DNA of 64,000 nt from Epiperipatus broadwayi (GCA_028023455.1 JAQFVV010000006.1:12586001-12650000); one strand, 5' to 3'. Counted from the stretch's first letter, positions 24,895 to 38,949 are shown. The notes: a model not told the origin generated them from the letters alone. Made by a program: numbers and translations.

Positions 24895-25424
24895 TAAATA
24901 GCTGCTTATTTTTGTTTTTATTTTTTTTAAAAATTTGAAACCTAAAAGAAAATTTACAGTACTTTTAAATACATGTTCAGGATGTAAATTAATGTTTTAA
25001 ATGATTTAAAACAGACCGGAGGATGCGTTCAATTTAGTATAAATTGATGTCATAATGTATACAAATTGGCCTAAAAATTTATTTGACGTTACTCAGATTC
25101 AAATTTTTTCATTAAAAAAAAACCTTGTATGTCAAAAATAAATTTGAAATGAATGTCAGAAATGTAATTTAGGAAATTTCAGGCATGCAAGAAAACAGTT
25201 TTAAATCTTAAAAAATGACAAAATTTAATTTAACTGTAAATATTAAATTCACGCTAAACACTGTCATTTATGAATAAATTGATTTATTTAAGTTACCTGA
25301 GCGAAATCCAGTTCAGAAGTAAAAATAAACAAAAATATTAAATGATTAGATTTTACATATATATTTAAATATTTTATTTTTCTCATATCTGTTTATCTAT
25401 CAATTACTATATACCGTTATTTTC

Positions 25425-25990
25425 AGCTATTATCAATCCACTGCAATCTCTTTTCTCCACAACACTTCTGCAATTTTTTTTATTTCAACTATCCATCTCA
25501 CATGTGGTCTCTTTTTGAATCGTTCACAATATCTTGTGATATGGTTTTAGACTTTAACCACCCATCTATGATTATTCGTTTTAGCAGTATGTCGGATCCA
25601 GCTCAATTTAAATTTTTAAAATTTCTTCAGTAATGCGTGTTTGTACTCTCGCCATGTATTTTGTTTTTAATCTCTTTTTGTTACACCTATCACACATCCT
25701 TTTGTAATTCATTGAGTAGTCTGAATGTTTTACATTTCTCTTCTGATAAGTGTTTAACTTTTAGATCCATAAGTAAGAACTGATAAAACACATCTGTTAA
25801 AATTCCTTTTCAAGTACATAAACATATTTCCTTTCAATTTTAAGTTACTTATATCAAAAGCATTTCATCCAAGTTTAATTTTGTGATTACTTTAATCTCT
25901 TACGTTTTCATCTGCATGAATAATATGACTAATATATTTATAATTGCTAACTTCCACAAATAACTTGATCATATTAGTAAAACAGATGGA
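25425..25990 (-). mobile_element. Degraded RTE-clade LINE 3' portion
   Basis: Shares attatcaatccactgca and ccatctcacatgtggtctct with 20376-20560 and extends further into the ORF C-terminus. Confidence 0.6.
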
Positions 25991-26759
25991 AACAAAGATG
26001 AAAGTAGTCTTAGAATTAAACTTAGATGGAGCGCTTTTGATAAATAGATATGACATTGAAATTTTCAATACTATCTGAAAAATTTGAGTATGGGGTTTTT
26101 CCTCTTATGCATATTCATTTTTTGTCTGTATATTTCTATTATAGTTGTACACTTGTTTATTAAAAATAATATTTGAAATTTTTTTTTTCAATTATGATAA
26201 AAGAGTCTGCTTCTCACTAATCATCTTTCTGATTACAATTGCACTAATTGGGCTTAGCTCAAGCTGACCTGTAAAATAATCTGGACATCAGATGAGTGGC
26301 AATTTAGCATAAAATCTGCATACTGGGAATCATTTATCTTTTTTACATATTTTTGGTCATATATTTCATGAATAAGTGATGGAATAGAAATATTTTCATG
26401 GATTATTATAATAAAGAATAGAAATAAAAACATATCCATTTAAACAGAGATAACTTTTAGCTTTTGATGTTGTTGAGACATTATTGACTGCTATTAATTG
26501 ACAATCTCTCTGAAGTTAAACAAGTTTCTCCATTAACTTATAATAGTTCTTCTGTGATATTCTGTTGATAGATTTAAATCTGTTATTTGTAATGGAAGTT
26601 TTTGTTTTGACAGTGTTTTTATTTTACATGTGGAAAATGATTTGGAACAGAAAAATTAAGATGCATTTTTTATAAATATGACAGTCAATTTATTAAATAA
26701 CAATATAACTATATCAAGTCCAAAGTCTAATACCTCCAACACATATAATGGACAAGTAT

Positions 26760-27590
26760 GAATGTTTTCCTATTCAGAAATCACCATTTATGTAAATACA
26801 CAATGGATAGGAAAAACAACATCTATAAATATATAAAGGTAATGACCATCATAGGCTTTAAACCCAGTACTATCCATCAGAGAATAAATTTTTTTATAGA
26901 AAACTCAATAATAAACAGCCTAAAGACAATATGAAATACTTAACTATTCCATTTATACCTAATGTAACTTCAAAAATTATTAAAAAATTGACTAATGATT
27001 TCAAATTTAGCTTCAGAACACCTCCTAACACTAACCAACTAATAAATGATTCCAAAGATAAAATAGAAAAAAATCAAGCCCCTCATGTGGTCTATAAAAT
27101 AGCATGCTTTCAATTAGGCTGCCAGGCATCTTACTATGGTGAGATATTCAGGCTAACATCAACACAAGAATTTACCAACACAGGTATGCATACAACAGGG
27201 TTAAAAATAAAAATGAAGAAACATCAATTTTCTGGGACCACAAAGCAGCTACAGGCCATGTATTCGAACCCAGTTCTGCCCAAATAATTTGCACAGAGTG
27301 ATGCCAAAAGAAAGGTCAAAGAAGCTTTTTACATAGCAAATGATCTCAATGCCATTAATAGAAGAGAGGCATGCTTTGCTCTCTCCAAACAATGAACTAA
27401 TTAATTAAAAATTCAAGCTCATTTGCTTATGTGTACAATAAATTACAACAGTCTTCATTCATAAAGCTATGAGTATGAGATTAGAATACTAAATCTTGAA
27501 AGTACTAAGCAGGCATATTAAGCATTATAGTATAATTACAGCTTCACTAACGCATGCAAAAAAATCGCATATGTATAATTACAATTTTTA
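26760..27590 (+). mobile_element. Penelope-like element family P2, truncated (RT C-terminus plus GIY-YIG, frameshifted)
   Basis: ORF 26931-27287 has YLTIPFIP...VVYKIACFQLGCQASYYGE; a shifted frame continues to ...KRKVKEAFYI; the 3' region matches 30345-30810. Confidence 0.85.
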
Positions 27591-27891
27591 TTGGTGAAGA
27601 GAAAAACAATTTATTATATCAAGATACATAAATTATTGAAAGTTGATCATTCACATGGGAATATTAATGTTGTATGATTAATGAGAATTTTTAAAAAAAA
27701 ATTAATTGTAAATGGTATGCAGAATGGCATAGATGATGTAATTTGGTTATAGATATTATTTACTTTTATGTAATGGTATTTTGAATATTGTAAAGTTTAT
27801 TCCAGAGTTTTTGTTTATTTTTATTTTTCCTGATAAATGTGTATATGAAATTAAATTATAACATGTATTATGTTAATGTTTAAATTTTGTA

Positions 27892-28404
27892 GATCTGATG
27901 AAGACTGCTAGAAACAGTCGAAACTGTAAAGAATAAATAAATTTATTTTGCTTTAAAGTGTAAGAAGAGTGAAATGCTATTATTTGTTATTATATGTATT
28001 ATGTATGTCATGTTCAATTGATCTGATAAAGACTGCTAGGAACAGTCAAAACTGTAAAGAATAAATAAATATATTTTGCTTTAAAGTGTAAGAAGAGTGA
28101 AATGCTATTATTTGTTATTATATGTATTATGTATGTCATGTTCAATTGATCTGATGAAGACTGCTAGGAACAGTTGAAACTGTAAAGAATAAATAAATAT
28201 ATTTTGCTTTAAAGTGTAAGAAGAGTGAAATGCTATTATTTGTTATTATATGTATTATGTATGTCATGTTCAATTGATCTGATGAAGACTGCTAGGAACA
28301 GTCGAAACTGTAAAGAATAAATAAATATATTTTGCTTTAAAGTGTAAGAAGAGTGAAATGCTATTATTTGTTATCATATGTATTATGTATGTCATGTTCA
28401 ATTG
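27892..28404 (+). repeat. Four 128-bp tandem repeats, each with an HHR-like core
   Basis: CTGAT(G/A)A-A-GACTG-ctag(a/g)aa-CAGT(C/T)-(G/A)AAAC-TGTA at 27895, 28023, 28151 and 28279; lies downstream of the P2 ORF. Confidence 0.9.
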
Positions 28405-29452
28405 GAAAAAAAGGGATGTGGATATTTTAAAAGTTTTTCCAGAATAAAAATTGTTGGTCTGACTTCTAGGCCAATGGTTGTTTGCAATATGAGCGAGTTA
28501 AAGTGAAAGATGCATTGATAAATGAACAAAAACTTGAAAATATATAAATTACAGCACAATGGAGTGTACACTCTACCATGAGGCATTAAAAGTGAGAAAA
28601 AATTAATCCCTACCTTGAACAAGAGTAATAAAGTGAGTTATCAAAATTGTCAACATGGTCAAGGAAACTTGGGTGTTGATATCTCTATCACACATATTAC
28701 TAATTAAATGAAAATTAAAGAGTGTATTTGGACTAAGGATAATCTAGCTTAATCAACGGTCAGTAATAATCATTCATATAATCCTATAAAGTGATTTGGA
28801 TCAAAGTTGTGAGTGCAGAAACTTTGACACTGGTATTCAAACTATAGTAAGTTGTTATTTATATAATTTAAACAAATGATGATATGTGTAAGAGATTGTG
28901 ATCTGGGTCAACTAATGAATACTGGTTTAGTATGAAATTGCATTGTGGGAATTGTTTGTCAATATTAATGTTCCCATATGAATGACCAATTTTCCATAAT
29001 TTATGTGTAGTGATACAATTATATTGTTGATTTAATAAATTACCTGTCATATTTATAAAATATGTCTCTTTGTTTTTTTCTTTTCTTCAACTTGTTTTGC
29101 ACATGTAAAATAAAAACATTACCAAAAGCAAAAAAAAAAACTTTCATTATAAATAACTGAGTTTTCAGCAAATATAATAACAACAAAAATAATAAATATA
29201 ATGGTAATTAACTATTATATACAGTGTTTCAATCCACAGAAGTACTTCCAGTTAATTCCTTAACATTCAGGATTCATGGGATCTGAGTTGATGATGTTTG
29301 CTTCTGTTTTGTTTTTTAATTTAACACCAGTTGAGGAGGGTTAAGAAATTAACCGAAAGTACATCTTCATTTTGAAAGACTGCATATAATAGTTAATTTA
29401 CATTATATTTATTATTTTTACAATAGTTTTTAATTAATGAACATTTTATTTG

Positions 29453-29455
<3 letters not shown>

Positions 29456-29493
<38 letters not shown>
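29456..29493. repeat. (TA)n microsatellite
   Basis: Pure TA run. Confidence 0.95.
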
Positions 29494-29497
<4 letters not shown>

Positions 29498-29514
29498 CAT
29501 GAAATCAGTCAATA

Positions 29515-29700
29515 CTTAAACAACACCAATATCATCAATAATTAATAATCTCAATCTGTTGTTAAGGCAACCTCCTTTAATCAATAAAGATAGATATCTA
29601 TGGTCTAATATGTTTCTATAGACCCTAAAGATTGTAATTTGATTACAGAGAGGGAAATTATTAACATAGGAAGTTTAAATAAACCTCATTAAACAGGTAA
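29515..29700. repeat. Dispersed repeat family D (other copies ~33645-33840 and ~49345-49405)
   Basis: Shared ccaatatcaataacaatcaa(c/t)aatctcaatctgttgtcaaggcaacct block; class unknown. Confidence 0.75.
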
Positions 29701-29817
29701 GTATAATCTGTTTAAAATGAGATTAACAAATAATCAATTATAATTTATAAATTGCACTCCAACTATATATTACTTATATAATAAAGTTAATAATGCCTAA
29801 GTCTATCTAGGTATTCA

Positions 29818-29820
<3 letters not shown>

Positions 29821-29879
<59 letters not shown>
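29821..29879. repeat. (TA)n microsatellite
   Basis: Pure TA run of about 29 units. Confidence 0.95.
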
Positions 29880-29883
<4 letters not shown>

Positions 29884-30344
29884 AATTATTCCAAATTCAC
29901 AACTGAACCAGACTAGCCAAGAAAATAAACTCTAAAACACTACAAATGGTTTCACTGCTACAAGCAAATATCTCAAGTGTGAAGAACTACAAAATAACAT
30001 ATTTAAAATAAACATTACCCACAATTTCACTTACTTCCCATACACCCTTAATATTAAAAGAACTTTTAAATAAATTAACTGCTTCAGACTCATAAATTTT
30101 TATCAATAAAGATTCTTTAATTCTTCTTTTAATTTCATTTCTCTCAAAGAAGACAATCTAGCTTCATCAAAATTAATAATATGGCCTGTATCTTTTACAG
30201 GATATTTTTAACCCTACTTTTATGTACATTTATTGTTTCATTTAAACTCAAACTGCTCTGATCTATGTATACCTTCTTACAAAAAACAAGGGTTAATATA
30301 TACTACTCCAGGGATAGTCTTTCTATCAAAACTTTATTTTGTAT

Positions 30345-30810
30345 TATGTAATTATAAATATGTGACTTTTTTTGCATACGTTAGTGAAGCTATAATTATA
30401 TTATAATGTGTAATATGTCTGCTTAGTCCTTTCGAGATTTAATGTTCAAATCTCATACTCATAGCTTTACAAATGAAGACTGTTGTGATTTATTGTACAC
30501 ATATGCAAATGAGTTTGAATTTTTAATTAGTTGGTCTATTGTTTGGACAGAGCAAATCATGCCTCTCTTCTATTAATGGCATTGAGATCATTTTCTATGT
30601 AAAAAGCTTCTTTGACTTTTCTTTTGGAATCACTCTTCTCTGTACAAATTATTTGGGCAGAACAGGGTACGAATACATGACCTGTAGCTGCTTGGTGGTC
30701 CCAGAAGATTGATGTTCCTTCATTTTTATTTTTAACCCTGTTGTATGCATACCTGTGTTGGTAAATTCTTGTATAAGAGGTTAGCATGAGTCTCACCATA
30801 GTATTATGTA
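30345..30810 (-). mobile_element. Penelope-like element family P2, truncated copy
   Basis: ORF 30557-30823 TRIYQHRYAY...DHQAATGHVF...KRKVKEAFYI...NAINRRE (GIY-YIG C-terminal half); inverted homolog of 27130-27590. Confidence 0.85.
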
Positions 30811-30954
30811 ATAAATTTATCAAAGTAACATCCCTTTTTCAAGCAATTTTATTATTTCCAAACAAATTGCTATTTTTACAAACAATTTAAATAGCAAAAT
30901 AAAAACACAATGTTTTTATTGTGTTTTCATTTTATAGTTAAATAAAAAGGCAAA

Positions 30955-31180
30955 GAGCAGCTGCTAGAGGATTGTATTACATCCTAAAATCTGGGTTCGT
31001 GCTCTCAGATCCAAGGTTTCTCACTGATGAAAGCCATAAGCTAAAAACTGGTCTGGAGATATTGGATAAGTAGTCACCATATAGGGATTTTATGTGCAAA
31101 TCTTATTGCATCCATTAATTACTATGGTTTGCACTGGGTAACCCTTCTGCATAGAGATTGGGTCACTGTTTTAACAAACT
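30955..31180 (+). mobile_element. Family A diverged single-arm copy (A11)
   Basis: ttctcaCTGATGAaagccataagctAAAAactgGTCtggaga followed by degraded Family A downstream sequence. Confidence 0.75.
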
Positions 31181-31264
31181 GATTGTGATAACAAAATTAG
31201 TGCTCTTCTCACAGAAGGCCAATAGGAGGTGGCAAAAAATGTGATATTGCCTACAGAAACAAAA

Positions 31265-32965
31265 TTACAAACATTACTCTAAAATCGTGACAGGTATTTC
31301 ACTGATTCAGAAAAAAGTTAATCATCACCAATTCCTCATCTTTATAGTCAACCTAAAAGCCATAATAACCATGTTCCATTAAGACCTATTGTTAGTTCTA
31401 GAATTTCATCTTGCCAAAACTTGTCAAGACTTCTCAAATTTCTTAGTTGGCATACAAGGCAATATCATCTTTCCAAAACTTTGTCAAGACCTCAAAGTTC
31501 TTAGACTTTTGGCAAACAAGGCAATGTTCTTCATCAGGAATTCTAAACACTTTGTGGAATTACTTAAAACTATGGAAATCGAAAGGACTGACATATTGGT
31601 AAGCTTTGATGTGGAAAGTTTAATCACAAATTCACCATGTAATGAAACATTGCCTATTGTAAGCAAAGTATAACAGTGGAAACAGCTTCCAAATAGAACA
31701 ATTCTTCCTATTAATAATATAATGGAACTAAGCCTTCAATACAGCATGAAATTCTTCCAGATTAAATCAAAGGATAACTATATGCTCATCACTGTCATCC
31801 TTGATAAGTATTATTTACTGAAAAGAGCTGAAAACACCGTCACAAATATTACTCCATATTCATATAAAATCTGACTTTTCTATATTGATGAGTCATTTGT
31901 TGAATGCCCACATAGTGCAGCACTATTGAAAATATCCTGCACCCACATCAATAATATCACCAATTAAATTTATAGTAGGATCAGAACAAGACAAAAATTT
32001 GCATGCTTGGATTTTGTGACATCTCCTTCATGGCAAAATCAAAACTATAATTTATAGAACCACACTGATATAGGAAAATACTTAGTATATACATCCAGTC
32101 ATGACTAACAAAAATTATGGAATTATACTATCACTATGGAGCAGAGCAAAAAGACATTTATACAGACCAGTGATTTGGAAAAGACCCACTTAGTACAAAC
32201 TCTCATGGAGAATGGCCATCTATCAGTTGCCATTAAGACAACCTGAAATAGAAAATAAAATCATAAATAAAAACAATTAATGGTATTGCAGTGTATCCAT
32301 CCATAGATAGCAAACAAACTAAAGAAAACCAATAATCAATATAACATCAGAACAGTTATTCAAAGCCATAGCTCAATATGAGAAATTCTATCAACTACAA
32401 AATCTAAAGCTTGAAATAATAAAAAATAAAAACTGCATCTACAAAACATCATGCAAATGTGGAAGGTTGTATAATGGTGAAACAAGCTGAACTATTAAAA
32501 AGTGATTAGATGCATCTGAAGTAGAAGACCATGTATATACCAAAACATTGGGTCAAATGTGAAAAGTACAAAGAAGAAAATTCAAAAAACCTGCTCATAC
32601 AACATTGGTAAACACTTCATAATTCAAACTACTGTCTTAATTCACATTGTTTGGTAGTTTCCCATTAATCTTACCCTTAGGAAAAAATGGGGAAATCAGA
32701 AAACCCTCATAGGTAAGTATATTAATTTTCTACTGACTGTTACCTTTGATAAAATAGCCAGTTGGTTGAAACATCACTTTAAATTCAATATTCATAAATC
32801 TAAAGGTGTAGATACAATTTGCATGCTAGTATCTTCACTAGTCAAGATGGTAACACTTGAAGGAGAGATGAGAATATTGTAATGCAAAACTTTGGTTGTA
32901 TACTAATATGTATGCTATTATTAATAGTTGAATGTATTTGAAGTTTAAATAATGTTTGAATTTTT
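31265..32965 (+). mobile_element. Penelope-like element family P1, heavily decayed copy
   Basis: LVSFDVESLIT RT motif (ORF 31389-31673); colinear with 44230-46030 including GIY-YIG remnants and the tRNA-like 3' region. Confidence 0.85.
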
Positions 32966-34726
32966 CTAATTATTTATAATTACTATTTAAATATCATCAC
33001 TACAAGCTTACAGATAAGAACAGATAGATACACACAATGATCCATAACATTTTATTAATCTTCACTTTCATGGTTAAATCAATTCATCTTATATAATCAC
33101 AGTAAATGAACTTGAATATTGCAAGTATGTAGTACTAAATTAACTGTGGGTCAATTGTTGCACCATAAGAGATAGACAAATTCCTTATCTTGTGCAGGTA
33201 TAATATTAAATGATAGTGGATGTTTAATGTTAAATAAATTAAAAAAATCAAATCTTCAAATAGCCACAGCACATTTCAAGCATCTAGTACATCTATAATT
33301 GAAGATTGTTTACAGTAAAAGATGTAAAATGATTGAGGCAGTTTGGAACATTTTCGACATTAGTGTATAATTGCAACATAATGAATTTGAGATAAAGAAG
33401 CTGGTTGTAAAAATTAATACTCTGCTTGGTTTTAAATTCTTTATATTTAAATCTCTCTAATTATTATGTATATTCATTGTGATGTGACACATATAGATGT
33501 TATAAGCAAATCGGTTCTATTTTATATGAAGCAGTGTGGTGAAGTATGTGAAGAAAACTTTGACTTTTGCTTAGTTATTTCCTTATACAGAGCAATTATT
33601 AATTATTATATATACAGTCAAATTTGAATACAGGAAAGCAATCAACACTTAGACAATACCAATATCAATAACAATCAACAATCTCAATCTGTTGTCAAGG
33701 CAACCTCCTTTAAACAATAAAGGTGGAAATCCGCTTTTATATATGGTCTAATATGTTTATATAAATACTAAAAATTGCAACTTGACTACAAAGAATGAAA
33801 TTATTAATTCAAAGAAGTTTAAATAAATCTCATTATACAAGTAATACTTAGGGACTAAGTAAATAGTCAACAAACATTTTTCTCATTAAATTAAAATTTA
33901 CATGAAAAACGCAAATACACACAATAAACACTAGAATGGCAGCCATCTTTGTCATGTAAAATTTACTTGACATTTTGGTTCACATCATTTTTTTATATTT
34001 CTAGCAGTGAAAATATAGAACATTTTAAAAGTATTCTCCTAGTTACATATATTGCAATAATTTTAGCCATGAGCTATAAATACAGAATTTCAAAACTGAC
34101 TGATGTTGTCATAAGAAAATACTTTCAAAGTGAGCTTATGGTAAAAAATAATTGAAATGTAAGGGCTAAATATATATTGATGAACTGCTAGCAATGAAAA
34201 TATTGTTCCTGTTTTTATATGCATTCTAATAATTGTCTATATTGTAATAATTTTAGCCATGAGCTAAAAAATGCAGAATTTGAAAGCTAATTAACTGACA
34301 CAAAAAATATCATTTTGAAGTTAATTTATGGTAAAACATGGTGGAAATCTAAATAGAAAATATGTAAACATTAAATCAACAATAGCTAATGTTATAACAA
34401 CTAAATACAAACAATTTTTAGAATGATTCAGTTTTAATTAAAGCAGCAGCCATCTTTGTCATGTTTTGGAAAAATTCTAATGTTTAGGTTTCTTTTGCAA
34501 TGTATTTACCTTTTCTCATTTTAAAATTCATTTCAGACAAATATTAACTTTAATTATGAGCCAGAAAAATAGTCATGTTATTGGTCAATAATTAAGTGAG
34601 AAGAAAGATCAATTTTTAAAAAAAGCACTAAAGCAGTTGACGTTAAGTTTGGAATAAAATAGGGTTAAATCAATTATCTAGATCATTTTTAAAAATTTAC
34701 AAATTTGAACATGCACAGATAGAGGA

Positions 34727-34812
34727 TGGGATTTCCAGATTAAGCAGTTCATGCTGGGATTTCCAGATTAAGCAGTTCATGTTGGGATTTCCAGATTAAA
34801 CAGTTCATGTTG
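34727..34812. repeat. 28-bp tandem repeat, 3 copies
   Basis: tgggatttccagattaagcagttcatg(c/t) at 34727, 34755 and 34783. Confidence 0.95.
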
Positions 34813-34891
34813 AAATATCATGAAACAAATAGAAACTCCTTTGCTATTGTGGATTATAAATTTATTTAATGCACATTGATTACGTAAGTAC

Positions 34892-35007
34892 TATTTACTA
34901 AGGCAATAAACCTAAAGAATGTACACTTGAAAGTGCAAAGGTAGGAAGAGGTCCCTACCTTTGCATTTTCTAGTGCACATCCTTTAAGTTTATTGCCTTA
35001 ATAAATA
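34892..35007. repeat. Isolated 54-bp-arm hairpin
   Basis: 34892-34945 versus 34954-35007, about 6 mismatches, 8-nt loop. Confidence 0.85.
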
Positions 35008-35296
35008 TTGTGGATTAATAAAAAGCAACTGACAATGATAGTAACTATAGAGTGATTTTTTTTTGTCAGAAGACCACACAATTGTTAGAGGAAATTTTTA
35101 ATAAAACTCATAATACAAATGTTATTTTTGTGAAGGAGTTTATTGCTAGAAAGTATATAGTTCACCAGCTTCATAAAAAAATATTGGGCTGCATAATCTT
35201 GTAAGACATGGTAAAGCTGCTAGTATAGATAGAACATTGAATGTTTTTGAAGAATTTACAAAAAAAAAAAAGAATTTCTAAGCAAAATCTGAAATA

Positions 35297-35552
35297 TAGA
35301 GGCAAAACTCTCCATACAGTACCACCACTTAGTGCAAGCCATGGATGCAGGAAGATTTATACTGTAAATTTCCTATCTAGTCTAGAGATATTGGATGAGA
35401 AGGCACTAGATAGAAATTTTATGCACAAACTTTCCTGCATCCATTGATTACTCAGGCTTGCACTGAGTGGCGCTATTGTAGGAAGATTTGGCCTCTGCCT
35501 AAACAGCTTGTGTAAACATAAAGAATGGTGAGAATTTGATGTTTAGTGATTT
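35297..35552. mobile_element. Family A fold-back insertion A5 (diverged; HHR mostly lost at the apex)
   Basis: Arms meet near 35385; 12-bp TSD aaaatctgaaat (35284-35295, 35553-35564). Confidence 0.85.
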
Positions 35553-35699
35553 AAAATCTGAAATCAATGACATATTTTTACTGTCATATAAACTTGTTTA
35601 CATATTTATTTATTTTTTCAAATATTTATTAACTAAGTACAATATTTACAATGACAATTATGAATACATGATACATTAAAAGGGCAAGGTAGAATTACA

Positions 35700-36480
35700 A
35701 ACATAAAGAAGGATTAGTATGTGTATCTGAGAATAAATAAACGTAAGATTGTAGGTGAGAGGTAAACCTGAATACCTGGTCTACTGTAAACACACAATTA
35801 GGCCAATTAAACTCACCCAATTCACCCAGACATATTACCTCACACTATCAAGAATCACTTAAGTCAATCTAGAGTTTGATCAGATCGCCACTGGAAAAAA
35901 CTCTGCAACTATGGATGCTTAGGTATTGTATGCTAAATCTGATGTATTCAGTTTATTATTATCCATTTTTATAACATAAAAATCTGACCCTATAATTATT
36001 AAATAAAACACTTTCAGCGATGTCTTGGACAGAAAAAACAAAGAGTTTTACCAGAAATCATCCTTTCAATGTAATCAGAGTCCATGTTTCCTCATATACT
36101 ACTTTTGGAGCTAGGAGCATGTCACAGTTTTTAAATTTTATAAGTCTATTCAGAAAAAAATTTCATCTTGAATTGCACCGGGATTGAAAACCATTTTACA
36201 ATGAGTAGACCACAGTGCATAATTGATGAATAATGAAAGCCTAATAATTGGGATGGATCTTATCCTAATACTATCCTTAAGAAAATTAACAAGATAAAAA
36301 TTCACTTTAAGGTTATCAGTGATGATCCTTCTAGACCTCCAGAGTCCAGGGCATGAGCAAAACAGATGGTCAAAAGTTTCATCATGAGTCTGGTAGAGGG
36401 GGCAAATAGGGTCAATTTTGTTGATGCCTCGCCTATAGAAGAGCAACCAATTAGTGCTAATGGCATTCAAATTTATCTTA
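35700..36480 (-). mobile_element. L1/Tx1-like LINE 3' end (zinc-knuckle region)
   Basis: ORF 36150-36470 has ICPLYQTHDETFDHLFCSCP (C..C...ET..HLF.CP type); homologous to 62616-63020. Confidence 0.7.
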
Positions 36481-38949
36481 ATAATGAAATCAAAGCTGAA
36501 TTTCTATTTCACTAAAATTTGATTTTATGATATGTACAACAATTAATTTGATATATTTTTTTACATTAAAATTCGTGATTTTGCGTCATTTTCCCTGTGA
36601 TAAGATTGTTGTGGAAGATGAAATCTGATCAAGCCAAGTGGAATGGATTACCCCTAAATATATTTATTTTAATGTAAGATTGTACAAATGGATATATAGT
36701 TGATAAAAGAAATGAATTCTCGCTATATATTTGTATAAGCTTACACTAGAAGCAATAATGTTAGTAATTAAAATCAACATGGCGACCAAAAAAATATTGT
36801 TAACGTTAGTACGGTTTTTCACAATTAATATGAATTTTGTACATTATCATATTCTTTTAAAGTCAATTAGCGCAGTTGGTTCTAATTAATACAAAAAAGA
36901 GAACTGCTTAGTAAATTTATTCTTTTAAAATGAATTGGAGTAGCTATATATTATGTTTTAAAGATTAGAGCAGCAATATATTATATTTTAACTTTTCTAA
37001 TAGATGGTTAGAAAATATATATATATAAAAAACATCCCCGCAGACATGTTACACAATTTAAAATTGTAAAAAGTTTTTAAGATGTTTTATATTTTTCTCA
37101 TAAAGTATATTTTACTGCTTCAACAGTTTAGTTAAAAAACACAATCATATATATAAAGAGAAAGAGAGAGAGAAAGAGAACAGGAGAGATTTTAAAGTGT
37201 GAAAGATGAGTTTAAAAAATATCTAATATTTTTTTTTTTACAGCAGACAAAAAAAATATAAATTTAACCTTTAGATTTTATTCTTTGCAATGGATATTTT
37301 TCAACATTGAAAAAAAAAAACTATTTTTTTTTAAAAAAGATAAGTATAAAAAAACATTTTATATATCATTTATTTTACTTTGTTGCAACTGAATAGTATT
37401 TTGAATTATTTATGTAAGTATTAGTATTTAATGCAAATAATATTCATTTTAACTTTTTAGTTAATGGACTATATTACTGGCAGCGAAAGCAATCTTTCAT
37501 TATTTAACTTGCCTCTAAAATTTTACTGAAATCCCCAGCTGACAAACTAAATTTCTACCTATATACCTTTAAAAAAATGGGTCTTGCAGTGCAATAATAG
37601 CATGTCTACAACCTAGAATTCAAATTCAAGCCAAGTGAAAATTATTTTCAGTATGATTATAATTTTTCTTTCCGATAAATGGTCCTGTTTACGCTAACTA
37701 TCCAGCTAACATTGGTCAGTAAATGGGTATTCATATTTAACTAGAAAGTAAAACAGGACAGAAAATCATTTAAACTAATAGCATTTAAAAATTGGCAAAT
37801 CTGGTTACCTTCTCTTTCCTCACCCCTTTGTGAGTGACTGATGGGGAGATTTTTGCATTGCGTTGTTTATTAAAAATACTTTTTGTTTTATATAAATAAT
37901 AACCCAGAGCAAAGGTCTCTTCAATAATGTTTAGAAAAGCAACAGTGAAGAATATATTATTCACCAGGCTTGTCAACTACCAATTGGTGGGTATTTAATA
38001 TTTACCATTCTTATTTTACATTCAAAATTATAACCAAATACCCATTTACTGACCTGTAAATGGATGGATAAGTGGGCTGTTTTTATGGACTAATTAATTT
38101 GGAAAAAAATTTTAAGCTTGCTATAAATTCTGGGACAAAAACTTTGTTTTAGCTAAACTAGGTTTAAACCCAGGCCAGATAAATGGTGGACTGTTAATCA
38201 CTACATACGAAGACCTTTTATATATTGAAACAGTAAGATTCGCATTCGAATCTTAAGTTTCACCCTTTTCTATCGTCTCTCACTCACCACTCTATCCTTC
38301 CCAAATTTAAACTTTTTTGGTATCGAATTGTGTGTGTATCAATATTAAAAATGTATCAATATATGTAAAATTCACCGTAAACACACACACGTTTCGATAA
38401 CAAAATTTAAAGCAATAAATAAAAATAAATGATATAGTTTGTATTTCTCTTTTAGTTATTTAAAAATATATAATTTTAACAATTTATTTTAAATTATAAA
38501 GTTCGTTATTTATTGCTGTGTTTAAATTTCTTATTTAATAATAATTTTAGAAAATTGATCATAATCTAAATAAAAGTAAAATAATTGTATATTCCCTTTG
38601 TATTTGAAATTTAAAAGTAACGGTCGGTGAGAGATAATAGATTAATTAAAAAGAAAAATTCCCTAAAATATTTAATTCCAAAATCTAAATGTAAAAATAA
38701 AATCGAACAATAAAAAAGCAGCTTTCTATATAAATTAAACGTACAAAAGGCAAATGATTGAATCCAAAAATAAAATATAACAAAAGTTAAAAGATAAGAT
38801 TTAGAAAGGAGGACATTTTGGACTTTCTCAGAACTTTCAGTTAAACTTTAGCTGTGCTCTCGATCAGTTGAGAGTCTCCAGATATATATATATATTAATT
38901 CACCTACCCCAGTATGTTCGAGTAGAAAGCGCCAAAGTCTATTCTCGCC

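Noticed and set aside
27892-28404. CRISPR-like array
   Set aside because: Units are near-identical over their whole length with no unique spacers; eukaryotic context and no cas genes. The same applies to the 146-150 bp and 28-bp arrays.
37785-37976. Terminal exon of a membrane protein
   Set aside because: Hydrophobic-then-basic ORF, but no good acceptor site and no recognisable motif; expected by chance in AT-rich DNA.
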